Shown: positions 51,030 through 61,150 of the stretch, piece after piece | How the letters are laid out: each line of letters starts with the position of its first letter | How positions within the stretch are numbered: position 1 is the first letter of the stretch | Sequence record: PZ026127.1 | Reading direction: 5' to 3' (one strand) | Source of the DNA: a phage | Length of the DNA: 64,000 bases | The notes under the pieces: generated by a model | What the model was told of the DNA's origin: nothing | The model's input: only the letters and a program-made list of their open reading frames with translations | Database searches by the model: none | Translations under genes and position numbers: made by a program

Positions 51030-52152
51030 TTTTAACCTTCGGCGGTTCTTCAATCTTAATAGGCTTACCATTAGTAAACATATAAAGGTTTGTAATTGAT
51101 GTATTGTTACTCACTTCATGAATAACTTCGTCTACATAAAAATCGTACTGGAATTGGTTTTTAGGGTCATAGAAATTAATCTTATCGCCTGGAGTTAGTT
51201 CAAAGTTACCATATACCTTACAATGAGCGTATCCATCGTATTGGGCCATAGTAACTAATCTATCGGCTTCTTCAAAACCGTTTCGGTAGGTATAATCAGA
51301 ATATCCACCGGAGCGAGAAACCAATATACTGTTTTGCCCGTCACCAAAAGTAATTCGTGTGGCGTTTTTGTCTAAGAAAGAGTGGGCGTATACAGTAGCG
51401 TTTTCATATGGTTTTCTGGAATGTTGGTTGGCTTTAGTTAACCATTCAAAATCAAATGCGATAGGTGTATCCATATCTTGAACGTATTGACCTATTAATC
51501 GCGGCTCACCCACTACAAAATTAATAGGCTCTTGGTTAACCATAAATTCGTAGTCCATGATAGAAATACCATCTATATCTTCCCAGACAAATACAAATTT
51601 ATCAGATTCAACGGCCATACCTACTTCTCGTACAAATTCCATATAACGGTCCATTGAATCACACCAAGGAACATTAGGAACGTAAACGTTTATCCCGTTC
51701 AAAGGAGGAGCAAGAAGCGGACGGTCTTGATAAATAACACCAATCATTTCAGTTAATGTTTCTTGAACACTCGGGAAGAACATACGACTAAATTTAAGAT
51801 TCTCTAAAAAGTGGATTGGGGCGAGTTGTATTGTTATGATATTGTCGCCCTTCGAATCCACTCCTACAGCAAAGTGTTTACTTCCATAAATTCTTGATTG
51901 GGTACGTTCAGAGTTAGCATTCTTAACAGAAATTTGAATAATCTGCTCACCATCCATTTTAGTATGAAGGTTCTTTGCATCATAAAACTGAAGCAACCCT
52001 TCATTACTACCGTAAAGCCCATCTCGCATTGTTAGAGTAGTAAATGTCGCGCCTAGTTCAACAAAACGATGCTCTAACCAGGCGTCATAATCTTCGTAAA
52101 GGCGTATACTAATATTAGGAAAGCCTTCACGTTGCATAGTTTTTGAACTCAT
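50983..52152 (-). CDS. 27: baseplate hub subunit gp27
   Basis: 389 aa (T4 gp27 391 aa); synteny. Confidence 0.85.
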   Translation of the reverse strand: MSSKTMQREGFPNISIRLYEDYDAWLEHRFVELGATFTTLTMRDGLYGSNEGLLQFYDAKNLHTKMDGEQIIQISVKNANSERTQSRIYGSKHFAVGVDSKGDNIITIQLAPIHFLENLKFSRMFFPSVQETLTEMIGVIYQDRPLLAPPLNGINVYVPNVPWCDSMDRYMEFVREVGMAVESDKFVFVWEDIDGISIMDYEFMVNQEPINFVVGEPRLIGQYVQDMDTPIAFDFEWLTKANQHSRKPYENATVYAHSFLDKNATRITFGDGQNSILVSRSGGYSDYTYRNGFEEADRLVTMAQYDGYAHCKVYGNFELTPGDKINFYDPKNQFQYDFYVDEVIHEVSNNTSITNLYMFTNGKPIKIEEPPKVKNELKTDTPDQENNAG

Positions 52153-52901
52153 TTCTTAAGGTCCTTTTCAACCAAAGACAAAGCAATACCGCGTTCGATT
52201 GGAATCATCTGCATAATGCTTTCTAATGAATAATTGTTCTTTACCAGTAAATGGTTTATTTGGTAAAATAAAAATATCTCATCCGGGTTGACTATAAGCT
52301 TAAACACCTCTAAAATATCGGTATACGTAATTGTTCTACGATTACAGCATCCATATTTTAGTTCAAAATTAATAGGGCTAGTTTGTTTGACTATATCCTC
52401 TAAAGTGGATAAGTCTATAGCATCTATTACGGCTAATTGGTCTTCTTCAGAAAGGTCAGTCCAATTATATTTCCCGTTTTCATCTTCCACGGTTTGGAGG
52501 GTGTTCAGAATCAATTCGGATTTGTCTTGATATTCTATTTCCGGAAATTTGAATGTTAGCTTCAAGCCGGCCACTTCAATTGTGGGATTATCTAACTTGG
52601 TCTGTTTCAAATTGAATAAAACTTGTCTATCCTTTTCACACTTACTACAAGTGTATCGGATAGGAATTTTGGTCTTGCCGAGTGATGACGTATAAAGTTC
52701 AATGAACATATATGGGCGCCATGACATAGGATATTCACCGAAGTATTCTTCCAGTAACTCATCTAAAATTTGTTTTTGCTCTTCAGGCGATTTATTATTC
52801 ATGTCATTTCGAATCAAAATAAAATCACGATAATCAGCTACTGTAAAAGGTTTAAATCGGTGGACTCCATCAGGCATTTCACAACGTACTATATTAGCCA
52901 T
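52149..52901 (-). CDS. 51: baseplate hub assembly catalyst gp51
   Basis: 250 aa from ATG with RBS GAGGA (T4 gp51 249 aa); track ORF begins at upstream TTG. Confidence 0.75.
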   Translation of the reverse strand: MANIVRCEMPDGVHRFKPFTVADYRDFILIRNDMNNKSPEEQKQILDELLEEYFGEYPMSWRPYMFIELYTSSLGKTKIPIRYTCSKCEKDRQVLFNLKQTKLDNPTIEVAGLKLTFKFPEIEYQDKSELILNTLQTVEDENGKYNWTDLSEEDQLAVIDAIDLSTLEDIVKQTSPINFELKYGCCNRRTITYTDILEVFKLIVNPDEIFLFYQINHLLVKNNYSLESIMQMIPIERGIALSLVEKDLKK

Positions 52902-52921
52902 AGGGTGTCCTCTTATTGATG

Positions 52922-52933
52922 TATTTATAAATA
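52922..52933. promoter_or_regulatory. overlapping divergent late promoters (gene 51 leftward, gene 26 rightward)
   Basis: TATTTATAAATA contains TATAAATA on both strands. Confidence 0.6.
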
Positions 52934-52951
52934 AGCTTAAAGGAGAAGACA

Positions 52952-53575
52952 ATGAATTATACTTTTGACGTAAAAATTAAAAACAAAACCATAAAATACA
53001 GAGCATTTACCCTCAGAGAGTATAAGGACTTGCTCCAAGCTAAATTAGAAGGCAGAATAGAGTCCTTTATCAATGAACTCATTTCGAATTGCACAGATGC
53101 TCGTGATTTAAACAAGCAAGAATCTGAGCTCCTGGTGATAAACCTGTGGGCCCATTCATTAGCTGAAGTGAATATAGAACGTGAGTGGGTTTGTAGTTGC
53201 GGTCGCTCACAGGTTGTTCCTATGACACTAACTCGCGCAACATTAGGTAAAGAGCCAGATGTTATTAAAGACTTTGGCAACTTTAAAATTGTTTTCAGAT
53301 ATCCTAAACTCTTTGAAGATAAAAATAGGGCTATGATGGTCGCAGGGTGTATCGATTATATTTTAACTTCTGCAGGCGAAAAGCTTTTTCTTTCCGATTT
53401 AAGCGATGCGGAACTTGATGACCTTTATTCTGCGATAACAGAAAAAGACATAAAAGAAGTTTATGATGCACTAGTCGCCCCTAAGCCTATTTTGGCTATA
53501 CCTATTTCTTGTGAATGTGGTGAACATACCGTCCACGTTATTGAGGGACTTAAAGAGTTCTTTAAGGTGATGTAA
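52952..53575 (+). CDS. 26: baseplate hub subunit gp26
   Basis: 207 aa (T4 gp26 208 aa); divergent from gene 51 with late promoters between; RBS AAAGGAGAAG. Confidence 0.75.
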   Translation: MNYTFDVKIKNKTIKYRAFTLREYKDLLQAKLEGRIESFINELISNCTDARDLNKQESELLVINLWAHSLAEVNIEREWVCSCGRSQVVPMTLTRATLGKEPDVIKDFGNFKIVFRYPKLFEDKNRAMMVAGCIDYILTSAGEKLFLSDLSDAELDDLYSAITEKDIKEVYDALVAPKPILAIPISCECGEHTVHVIEGLKEFFKVM

Positions 53576-53964
53576 TGAATATCAATAAAATGTATTCAGA
53601 TTTAGACCCTGAAATGAGGACGTCTTGGAATAGAGACGTCGCTAAAGCTACAGGTGCTCGTGCAGTTAAAAATAGTTTGTTAGGCATTATTACTACTCGC
53701 AAAGGTTCACGCCCTTTTATGCCTGAATTTGGTTGTGACATCAGTAACCAATTGTTTGAGAATATCACCCCATTAATCACGGATACCATTAAGCGTAATA
53801 TAGTTTCCGCAGTGCGGAACTTCGAGCCTCGAATCTCTGCCTTGGCTGTAGGTGTAACACCCGTGTATGATGATAACTCGATTATAGTAACGGTTCAGTT
53901 TAGTATAGTTGATGACCCGGATACATTAGAGCAAATTAGAATCCAGCTCTCACAGAGTGGTTAA
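53575..53964 (+). CDS. 25: baseplate wedge subunit gp25 (lysozyme-like fold)
   Basis: 129 aa; YSD.DPEM...WN.DV.....G.R..KNSLLGIITTRKGSRPF.PEFGCD.S.QLFEN.TPL matches T4 gp25. Confidence 0.85.
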   Translation: MNINKMYSDLDPEMRTSWNRDVAKATGARAVKNSLLGIITTRKGSRPFMPEFGCDISNQLFENITPLITDTIKRNIVSAVRNFEPRISALAVGVTPVYDDNSIIVTVQFSIVDDPDTLEQIRIQLSQSG

Positions 53965-53991
53965 TTGCTGTTCAAATGAATAGTGTATAAT
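53964..53991 (+). promoter_or_regulatory. putative MotA-dependent middle promoter of uvsY
   Basis: MotA-box-like ATTGCTGTT centred about -30 relative to TATAAT; uvsY is middle-transcribed in T4. Confidence 0.4.
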
Positions 53992-54022
53992 GGTCCTATG
54001 GTTATTACACAGGAAACATGCG

Positions 54023-54457
54023 ATGAGTAAAGAGATTGAATATAAGTTGGAGTCGTTTCAAGATGCATTAGACGAGGATTTAAAGATTGATGGAACTCGT
54101 TTACAATATGAAGTACAGAACAACGTTTTGCTGCACAGCAAATGGCTAAGGCTGTATACGAATTGTAAGAAAGAAATAATGAGATTAGAAATCCAGAAAA
54201 AGACCTCACTTAAGAAGCGATTAGATTTCTACACGGGACGTGGAGAGCCTGGTGATGAGGTTTGTATGGACCAATATGAGAAGTCTGAATTAAAGACCGT
54301 TATGGCTGCGGATTCTAGTGTAATTAAAATCGACACATCAATTCAGTATTGGGCTTTATTACAAGACTTTTGTAGTTCAGCACTTGATGCTATTAAGGCG
54401 CGTGGTTTTAACCTTAAGACCATGCATGAGATGAGACAATTTGAGGCGGGCAAATGA
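54023..54457 (+). CDS. uvsY: UvsY recombination mediator
   Basis: TRLQYE...NNV.L.SKWL, YEKSE.KTV..AD..V.K.DTS.QYW..L.DFCS.ALDAIK.RGF..K...MR.FEAGK match T4 UvsY. Confidence 0.9.
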   Translation: MSKEIEYKLESFQDALDEDLKIDGTRLQYEVQNNVLLHSKWLRLYTNCKKEIMRLEIQKKTSLKKRLDFYTGRGEPGDEVCMDQYEKSELKTVMAADSSVIKIDTSIQYWALLQDFCSSALDAIKARGFNLKTMHEMRQFEAGK

Positions 54458-54558
54458 GTTATCGTAAACCAGTCATCAATAAATGCCCTAAACCATCTAA
54501 AGAGCGGATGGACGAACTCCAAAAATTCATTAATGCTGCTTTAGCAAGTAATAAATAG
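54454..54558 (+). CDS. small protein (34 aa), uvsY.-1-like
   Basis: ATGA overlap with uvsY; read by eye. Confidence 0.3.
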   Translation: MSYRKPVINKCPKPSKERMDELQKFINAALASNK

Positions 54559-54586
54559 GTATGTAAGTTAAACTAAGGAGACAATC

Positions 54587-54754
54587 ATGTCAGATAAGAT
54601 TTGCGTTGTCTGTAAAACTCCAATCGATGCTGCATTGGTTGTTGAAACAGAAAAAGGTCCGGTTCATCCGGGCTCATGCTATAATTACGTTCAAAGCCTG
54701 CCGGTTACGGAAAACACTGAAGAACAGCTGAACGAAACCCAATTACTACTTTAG
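54587..54754 (+). CDS. small Cys-containing protein (55 aa), uvsY.-2-like
   Basis: RBS AAGGAG; CVVC ... HPGSC suggests a small zinc-binding fold; read by eye. Confidence 0.4.
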   Translation: MSDKICVVCKTPIDAALVVETEKGPVHPGSCYNYVQSLPVTENTEEQLNETQLLL

Positions 54755-54783
54755 TCTAGTGTGTATAGCCATTTATGGTTATT

Positions 54784-54811
54784 GGCCCTTCCGAAAGGTT
54801 GGGCCTTTTTT
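54784..54811 (+). terminator. intrinsic terminator after uvsY operon (convergent with uvsW.1)
   Basis: GGCCC...GGGCC stem followed by T6. Confidence 0.65.
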
Positions 54812-54813
54812 GT

Positions 54814-55041
54814 TTAGAAATCTTCCTCTTCCTCGTCGTCCATCGACTCCAATTCAGCTCTCTTACCAGCCAATGCATCACGCACGCTAATATCATCCGA
54901 ATCACGAAGTTCGGCTTCCTTACTACGAGTTTTGTAATACTTTTCCAATTCCTTCAGACCATCCATAGTCTGACAAGAACCAATTTTAGCCATGAAGCTT
55001 TCAATAGATGCTTCTTGAATAACTTCTTTAAAGGTTTTCAT
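54814..55041 (-). CDS. uvsW.1: UvsW.1 small acidic protein
   Basis: 75 aa; acidic C-terminus (SMDDEEEEDF); immediately downstream of uvsW with ATGA overlap as in T4. Confidence 0.7.
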   Translation of the reverse strand: MKTFKEVIQEASIESFMAKIGSCQTMDGLKELEKYYKTRSKEAELRDSDDISVRDALAGKRAELESMDDEEEEDF

Positions 55042-56534
55042 AAATCCACCTGTTTCATTACGTAATTAAATTTCTCATCAGCATAACGTTGAATACGTTC
55101 TAAAGCGTGTTTGAGGGCGTAGTTCAAATGAACATATTTCTTTTTAGCCGTAGCTGATTTAGGCTTAACACCCATGTCGTCGATGATATCCCACACCTGT
55201 GCTGTTGGTTTAGAGGCATGTTTACGGAGTACACGACCAATTGTCTGGAGTACAATGATTTTAGATTTTACTGGATGGGCAAATACAACGTGGTGAAGGT
55301 TCTTAACGGAAATACCAGTAGAGAACACACCATAACTTGCCACAACAATAATACCCTTACCATTTTCCGCCATTACTTTCAGAGCATTACGCGTTTCGGT
55401 ATTAACTTCACCTGATACGTAATAAACTTCTTTATGTTGCTCTTTAACCATTTCAAAAAGAGTTTTACCGTGTTCGATGTTTTTAAACATCAGGAATACG
55501 TTCTCTTCTTTCTTAGCGAGTTTAACAGCTAAATTAGCAACCCATTTATTACGACGAGTAGCCTTAGTAATGACCTTGATTTCTGATTGGTAATCTTTAC
55601 CTTTCATTTTAACCGTGAATTCGTCTGGGTATCGAAGGAAAATACTGTTGATTTTAAGGTCAGTAACCTGTCCTTCTTCCATTAACTGGGAGGTGGATAC
55701 TGGCTTAAACACATCACCAAACAAGCCCATATATTGCATTAAATTAGCTTTACCATCTTTTAAAGAACCCGACAAACCGAATTTAAACATACAGTTGGTT
55801 AGGCCTTCGATGATAGTAGAAATAGATTTACCTGTAGCCAAATGGCATTCGTCGTTCATAAACATACCGAACTGAGCAAACCATTCTTTAGGTTGCTTGA
55901 TAGCGGTTTGATAAGTTGAAACATAAATCATTGCATCGGAATCACGAGCAGTACCTGAACGAATACCAAGCATTGCGGCTTTAGGGAACAGACGATAATC
56001 GATGAAGTCGTTAATCATCTGGTCGACAAGTGCAGTAGTAGGAACTAAGATGAGGATTTTACCTTCATAGTTCTCAACGTAATATCGACTCAGGAGTGCC
56101 TGGATTAATGATTTACCTGCAGATGTAGGTAAATTCAGAATTGCGCGACGTTTTGTCAGGCCGTTGTATACGGCTTCATTCTGATACCAATGAGGCTCAA
56201 TCTTGGTAGACCCTGAATAAATTTCTTGAGAAGCCACCCATGAATCAAAATCTTCACGAGAAATATCTTCCTGTTCAAGAATACGTGGGTCAATCCACAG
56301 AGAGTATTCAAATTGTTCAGCGAACTTTTTAATTTGAGGGACCAATCCATAAGGAAGTTTACGGTTGTAATCCAGAAGGCGAATACGTCCGTCCCATTGG
56401 CCATAACGAAATTTAGGGTTGAATTTATATCCATCAGCTTCAAAGCTAAAATAGTCTCTGAGTTCGTAGAATGTAGATTCATCGCATTCAATACGGACAT
56501 GACTAAAATTATCAAAATGTACTTGAATTTGCAT
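55038..56534 (-). CDS. uvsW: UvsW RNA-DNA/DNA helicase (SF2)
   Basis: 498 aa; HWYQ...LNLPTSAGKS (Walker A), MNDECH (DExH), VASYGVFSTGISVKNLHHVV, QTIGRVLRKH match T4 UvsW. Confidence 0.9.
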   Translation of the reverse strand: MQIQVHFDNFSHVRIECDESTFYELRDYFSFEADGYKFNPKFRYGQWDGRIRLLDYNRKLPYGLVPQIKKFAEQFEYSLWIDPRILEQEDISREDFDSWVASQEIYSGSTKIEPHWYQNEAVYNGLTKRRAILNLPTSAGKSLIQALLSRYYVENYEGKILILVPTTALVDQMINDFIDYRLFPKAAMLGIRSGTARDSDAMIYVSTYQTAIKQPKEWFAQFGMFMNDECHLATGKSISTIIEGLTNCMFKFGLSGSLKDGKANLMQYMGLFGDVFKPVSTSQLMEEGQVTDLKINSIFLRYPDEFTVKMKGKDYQSEIKVITKATRRNKWVANLAVKLAKKEENVFLMFKNIEHGKTLFEMVKEQHKEVYYVSGEVNTETRNALKVMAENGKGIIVVASYGVFSTGISVKNLHHVVFAHPVKSKIIVLQTIGRVLRKHASKPTAQVWDIIDDMGVKPKSATAKKKYVHLNYALKHALERIQRYADEKFNYVMKQVDL

Positions 56535-56548
56535 AAGTAATTCTCAGT

Positions 56549-56570
56549 TATAAATATAGTTATATTTATA
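56549..56570. promoter_or_regulatory. divergent late promoters (inh rightward, uvsW leftward)
   Basis: plus TATAAATA at 56549-56556; minus TATAAATA at 56563-56570. Confidence 0.55.
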
Positions 56571-56589
56571 CACCAACAAGAGACTAATT

Positions 56590-57261
56590 ATGGATACTCA
56601 ATATATTGAAGAGCTTCGTGCACTCGAAGATAAAAAAGAAGCTAAAGCTAAGTTAATCGAATACGGCGAACAGTTCGGTTTAAAACTTAAGAAAACCCGT
56701 TCGTTTGATAATTTGATTATCGATATCTCTGAAGGCCTTAAAGCCTTGGCTGACGAACCACTTCCAGAAACCGAAGGGTTGTCCATTTCTGATTTGATTG
56801 ATGCTGCCGACGAACTTACAGGTGCTAACGAATTTGTTGATGGTGCTGAACCAGCTAAAGAAGAAGCCACCCTGTTGTTCGATGCCCCTGAGGCTGCAGT
56901 AGAAGTCGTTGAGGTAGCCGAACTTCCTAAGGTAGAGATTATCGAAGAGGATGTTCCATTTGACGAAGAGAAATTCAAAGGGGCTATAGCCAAGGTTGTT
57001 GAATCTGAAAAACCCGTATTCTCTTTACCTGAAAACTTCAGTCCTAATCTTTTGCTTATCGGTAAGAACCCAGGTTATTGCACCGTTCCTTGGTGGATTT
57101 ACCAATGGATTTCTGAGACCCCGGATTGGAAAGAACGTCCAACTGCTTTCCAACATCCTTCTGCCCACCAAACATTATTTAGTCTGATTTATTACATTAA
57201 TCGTAATGGTTCAGTATTAGTACGTGAAACTCGTAACTCATCTTTTGTCACTTTAAAATAA
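56590..57261 (+). CDS. inh: Inh inhibitor of prohead protease
   Basis: 223 aa (T4 Inh about 226 aa); position between uvsW and hoc; late promoter upstream. Confidence 0.65.
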   Translation: MDTQYIEELRALEDKKEAKAKLIEYGEQFGLKLKKTRSFDNLIIDISEGLKALADEPLPETEGLSISDLIDAADELTGANEFVDGAEPAKEEATLLFDAPEAAVEVVEVAELPKVEIIEEDVPFDEEKFKGAIAKVVESEKPVFSLPENFSPNLLLIGKNPGYCTVPWWIYQWISETPDWKERPTAFQHPSAHQTLFSLIYYINRNGSVLVRETRNSSFVTLK

Positions 57262-57270
57262 GGGTTTATT

Positions 57271-58404
57271 ATGGCTTATACCGTAGATATGGCTCCTTTG
57301 GCGGCTACGGCCGTTATTGGAGCAACAACCAATTTCACTGCGACCGGTTCCGGTGCTGCAGCTGAAGGTACCGAATCATTTGTCTGGACCGTTGATGGCG
57401 TTCCTCAATCTTCTGTGACTGCTGCAATGGATTATGTTGCTGTTGGCCCAGCAGGCAGCAAGACTATTAAAGTTGTTGCAACAACTACACCAGCGGACGG
57501 CGAACCAGAAACAGCTGAAGCCGAAACAACTTTAACTATCCAGAATAAAACAATGCCTGCTATTACATTGACTTTAGACCCTGCCTCTGTTTCTAAAGAA
57601 GTCGGCCAATCTCAAGTTGTTACTGCTAACGTGACGGGTGCGCCTGCTGGTGCAACAATTGCTTATGTTTGGAAACGTAACACTAGCGTAATCCCAGGTC
57701 AAACTGGTAAAACTATTACTGTTACCGAATCAGCAGAAGCAAATTATACATTGAACTGCGAAGTTACTGTTTCTGCACCCGATTATAATAATGGCACCGC
57801 AACTAAAGGAGCGGCGGTAACTTTTGTTAAGAAAACTATGTCGGGTGTTTCTGTTAATTTAACGCCAGCCTCTATTAATGTACCTGAAGGAACTCCGGCT
57901 TCTTTTAAAGCGGACGTAGTCGGCGCTCCTGCTGGTGCTACTTTTGCCTATTCTTGGAAGAAAGACGGTTCTCCTGTAGTTGGCACCACGGATACTCTAG
58001 CAATCGATACAAGCACTGAAGGTTCACAGGTTATTGAAGTTTCTGTTGTGGTTTCGGCGACTGATTATAACCCGGTGACTGTTACAAAAACTGGTAATGT
58101 AACAATCACGGCTAAAGTCGCTCCTGAACCAGAGGGCGAATTACCTTACGTTCATCCGCTACCAGTTCGCAATTCGGCTTATATCTGGTGTGGTTGGTGG
58201 GTTATGGATGAAATCCAGAAAATGACTCTTGAAGGCAAAGACTGGAAAACAGATGACCCGGATAGCCCGTATTATTTGCACCGATACACGCTTCAAAAAA
58301 TGATTACCGACTATCCAGAGGTTGATGTACAAGAATCTCGTAATGGTCGAATTATTCATCGCACCGCTTTAGAAGCTGGTATTATATACGATTACGTTTA
58401 CTAA
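57271..58404 (+). CDS. hoc: Hoc highly immunogenic outer capsid protein
   Basis: 377 aa (T4 Hoc 376 aa); Ig-like repeats; C-terminal VTVTKTGNVT.TAKVAPEPEGELPYVHPLP.R.SAYIWCGWWVMDEIQKMT.EGKDWKTDDPDS.YYLHRYTLQKM near-identical to T4. Confidence 0.9.
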   Translation: MAYTVDMAPLAATAVIGATTNFTATGSGAAAEGTESFVWTVDGVPQSSVTAAMDYVAVGPAGSKTIKVVATTTPADGEPETAEAETTLTIQNKTMPAITLTLDPASVSKEVGQSQVVTANVTGAPAGATIAYVWKRNTSVIPGQTGKTITVTESAEANYTLNCEVTVSAPDYNNGTATKGAAVTFVKKTMSGVSVNLTPASINVPEGTPASFKADVVGAPAGATFAYSWKKDGSPVVGTTDTLAIDTSTEGSQVIEVSVVVSATDYNPVTVTKTGNVTITAKVAPEPEGELPYVHPLPVRNSAYIWCGWWVMDEIQKMTLEGKDWKTDDPDSPYYLHRYTLQKMITDYPEVDVQESRNGRIIHRTALEAGIIYDYVY

Positions 58405-58406
58405 TT

Positions 58407-58428
58407 ATGGGCCTTGCGGCCCATTTTG
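58407..58428 (+). terminator. intrinsic terminator after hoc
   Basis: ATGGGCC-TTGC-GGCCCAT followed by TTTT. Confidence 0.65.
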
Positions 58429-58448
58429 CATTAAAGTACAAAATTACT

Positions 58449-58478
58449 GTTTACAAGTTAAAAATCCTATGTTAAGAT
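58449..58478 (+). promoter_or_regulatory. early promoter-like element
   Basis: GTTTACA ... GTTAAGAT; weaker -10. Confidence 0.4.
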
Positions 58479-58507
58479 GGGTTTACCAACTCAACGAGAG
58501 AATTGTT

Positions 58508-58717
58508 ATGGATAAGGTTAAAGTACATTTTTTACACGAATCTGGGTTGAATTTTATAGAAATTGCTAAAAAAATGGGCGGGACCGCTAAGGATATGGCC
58601 AAAGCATGGGTTGATGTAGAACAAGCCAAGGTCAAATTTAAAGCGAAAGAAAAGGTTGTTTATCGTAAAAGATTGAACAACAAGGTTCGGCGCAAAGCGC
58701 GTTCTGGTTCAAAGTAA
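58508..58717 (+). CDS. small basic protein
   Basis: 69 aa from ATG; Lys/Arg-rich C-terminus; own early promoter. Confidence 0.45.
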   Translation: MDKVKVHFLHESGLNFIEIAKKMGGTAKDMAKAWVDVEQAKVKFKAKEKVVYRKRLNNKVRRKARSGSK

Positions 58718-58745
58718 TATGCTTTAAATTTAGGTGTGATATAAT
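58718..58745 (+). promoter_or_regulatory. putative middle promoter upstream of rnlB
   Basis: MotA box TGCTTTA 13 nt upstream of TATAAT. Confidence 0.45.
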
Positions 58746-58831
58746 GGGTCTAGGTCCTTCCGTTAAACCATTTGGCTTGGTGACAGAAGACTACTAGCTC
58801 TTCTATTTAATTATATTTATTATGGTGATTT

Positions 58832-59839
58832 ATGTTCAAGAAATATAGCAGTCTCGAAAACCACTACAACAATAAGTTTATCGAAAAACTCCGTACTAAT
58901 GGTTTGACTGGTGGTGAATGGGTAGCACGTGAAAAGATTCACGGGACCAACTTTAGTTTAATCATAGAACGTGACGCAGTCACATGCGCCAAGCGCACTG
59001 GCCCTATCCTCCCTGCTGAAGATTTCTATGGTTATGAAATTGTACTTAAGAACTATGCTGATTCTATTAAATCTGTTCAACATCTAATTGAATCGATTAA
59101 TTACCAGTCATATCAGATTTACGGTGAATTCGCTGGGCCAGGTATCCAGAAGAATGTGGACTATGGTGATAAAGACTTTTATGTGTTCGATATCCGAGTT
59201 ACTAAGGAAGATGGTACTGAATCTGTTCTAACCGATACATTGATGGAAGCCTTTTGTATTATTCATAAGTTTAAGGTAGCTCCATGTCTGGCTACTGGTA
59301 GCTTTGAAGACCTTATTAAATTACCTAATGACTTTGATTCGGTTATTCCTGATTATAATTTTGCGGTGGATAACGCTGGCCTAACTATTGCAAACTCGAC
59401 AGACTTTATTCCTAAGGTAGAAGGTAAAGTATTCACGGCTGAAGGCTTTGTACTTAAACCCGATATTCCTATCTGGCTTCCTAATGGAAATCGTGTAGCG
59501 ATTAAATGCAAGAACTCTAAATTCAGCGAGAAGAAAAAGTCTGATAAGCCTATTAAGGTGGCTGTAGTTTTATCCCAAGATGATATGGATTTGCTGTGGC
59601 AATTCACTGATTATGTGACAGTTAACCGTATCAATAACGTTATCAGTAAGATTGGTGAAGTATCTAAAAAGGATTTTGGAAAGGTAATGGGCTTGACAGT
59701 CCAAGATATCTTAGAAGAAGCTGCCCGTGAAGAATTAGAATTAACTGATGCAGAAAATCCTGTTGAAGTTAAAAAGCAGCTCGTTGAGTGTGTAAAAGAT
59801 ACCCTACGAGCCGTATGGATTGAACTAGTATCCAAATAA
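58832..59839 (+). CDS. rnlB: RNA ligase 2
   Basis: 335 aa (T4 Rnl2 334 aa); [74 protein letters not shown] near-identical to T4. Confidence 0.9.
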   Translation: MFKKYSSLENHYNNKFIEKLRTNGLTGGEWVAREKIHGTNFSLIIERDAVTCAKRTGPILPAEDFYGYEIVLKNYADSIKSVQHLIESINYQSYQIYGEFAGPGIQKNVDYGDKDFYVFDIRVTKEDGTESVLTDTLMEAFCIIHKFKVAPCLATGSFEDLIKLPNDFDSVIPDYNFAVDNAGLTIANSTDFIPKVEGKVFTAEGFVLKPDIPIWLPNGNRVAIKCKNSKFSEKKKSDKPIKVAVVLSQDDMDLLWQFTDYVTVNRINNVISKIGEVSKKDFGKVMGLTVQDILEEAAREELELTDAENPVEVKKQLVECVKDTLRAVWIELVSK

Positions 59840-59845
59840 ATGATA

Positions 59846-59868
59846 AAGGGACCTTACGGTCCCTTTTT
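59846..59868 (+). terminator. intrinsic terminator after rnlB
   Basis: GGGACC-TTAC-GGTCCC followed by TTTTT. Confidence 0.65.
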
Positions 59869-61150
59869 AGTTTTTATCCAATGGGGGAAGTTTTACACCA
59901 AGATAAGAACTCAATTGACTTTGATTAGCCATTTTATCCATATCCGCCCCATCGATAATACGAGCTTCTTTGTCGTCTTTAGCGACAGTATAAGGATTCG
60001 CAGTCAATGCATATCGAGCCAATAAAGATATGGTAGGTTGCAATGAATCCGGGTCTACAATAACCTTGAATTCACCTACTGAAGTATCACCTTCATCATC
60101 AACCTCTTCGAGCCCTTCCGTATAAGGCGCATAATACAAAGATGCGACCGTCTGCCCTTCACCCATCCAGGCATTTACACCGACAATAACATAATCACAC
60201 GGACTATTCATATCAGCATAAAGTGGTAGACCATTTTTAAGTATACCATAAGCTAATTCGTCTTGGTCTTCTTTTTTCTCAACCCAACCGGATGCAGCGA
60301 GAATAGCAGCACAACGAGAAGAAGCTACTGCATAAGTACCTGCAAACGAAGTCTGGCGTTGAACAGCAGAATTCATTTCACACATATAGTAATACAAGGT
60401 ACGCGCTCGGTCTTGGGCGTTATCATATTGTGGGTCTGTTAAGTTCAAGACACCTTTCTCAGAAACTCCTTCGACTTTAAAACGAGAACTTACCGTAATT
60501 AAGGACTGTAATACGTCTTTATTAATTTCTTCAGCCATTTGAATAGCCAAAATATTGTCTATAAAGTCTGGTGCATTAAACCCGTTGGATTCTAAATCCT
60601 GGGCCAGTTCCACAGTCAAAGAAGTTTTAAGTTTACGCGATTTAACTTCAGTCTGCCACTTATCAATGCGGAACCCTGCTTCAGCAATCTCAGGATGGCC
60701 TTTTTCAAATTTATTGGTAAAGGCTGCATCAGACATCATACGAATATGGCCTGCTGCAATAGCTTCTGAAATAACTTCACTCAAATCGGTTTCAGTTGTT
60801 CCTGCAAACGGAGAAGCTTCTAATACCTTGAAAACCACACTTTCGAATTGGAACATATCACCAACAGCATATGCTTCATCTTTATCGGTGAACTCTGGAA
60901 TGTTTTTACGTTCAAACATACCAATTTCGCCCGCAAAAGTGGCTCCACCGAGATAAGTCATTTTATCGTCTGGGTTTAAAACACGGACACCATATAATGC
61001 TGCAACAGGTTGAGTAGTTTTTTGTTCAGCAACAAGGGCTTTAAAAATTCTTTTATTAGTTGCCTGGGTATATGAAAGAAGATTAGGACGGGCGACCTGG
61101 TTGGCCGCCGTCAAAGTTGATTCTTGTATTAATGCATTAATCTTTTTCAT
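59867..61150 (-). CDS. second gp24-like capsid vertex protein (divergent paralog)
   Basis: 427 aa; shares gp24/gp23-fold motifs with the adjacent gene (SRKLKT.LTVELAQD.ESNGF.AP.F...LLA..MA.EINKDVLQSLITVS, PYTVAKDDKEARIIDG) but with many substitutions. Confidence 0.8.
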   Translation of the reverse strand: MKKINALIQESTLTAANQVARPNLLSYTQATNKRIFKALVAEQKTTQPVAALYGVRVLNPDDKMTYLGGATFAGEIGMFERKNIPEFTDKDEAYAVGDMFQFESVVFKVLEASPFAGTTETDLSEVISEAIAAGHIRMMSDAAFTNKFEKGHPEIAEAGFRIDKWQTEVKSRKLKTSLTVELAQDLESNGFNAPDFIDNILAIQMAEEINKDVLQSLITVSSRFKVEGVSEKGVLNLTDPQYDNAQDRARTLYYYMCEMNSAVQRQTSFAGTYAVASSRCAAILAASGWVEKKEDQDELAYGILKNGLPLYADMNSPCDYVIVGVNAWMGEGQTVASLYYAPYTEGLEEVDDEGDTSVGEFKVIVDPDSLQPTISLLARYALTANPYTVAKDDKEARIIDGADMDKMANQSQLSSYLGVKLPPLDKN

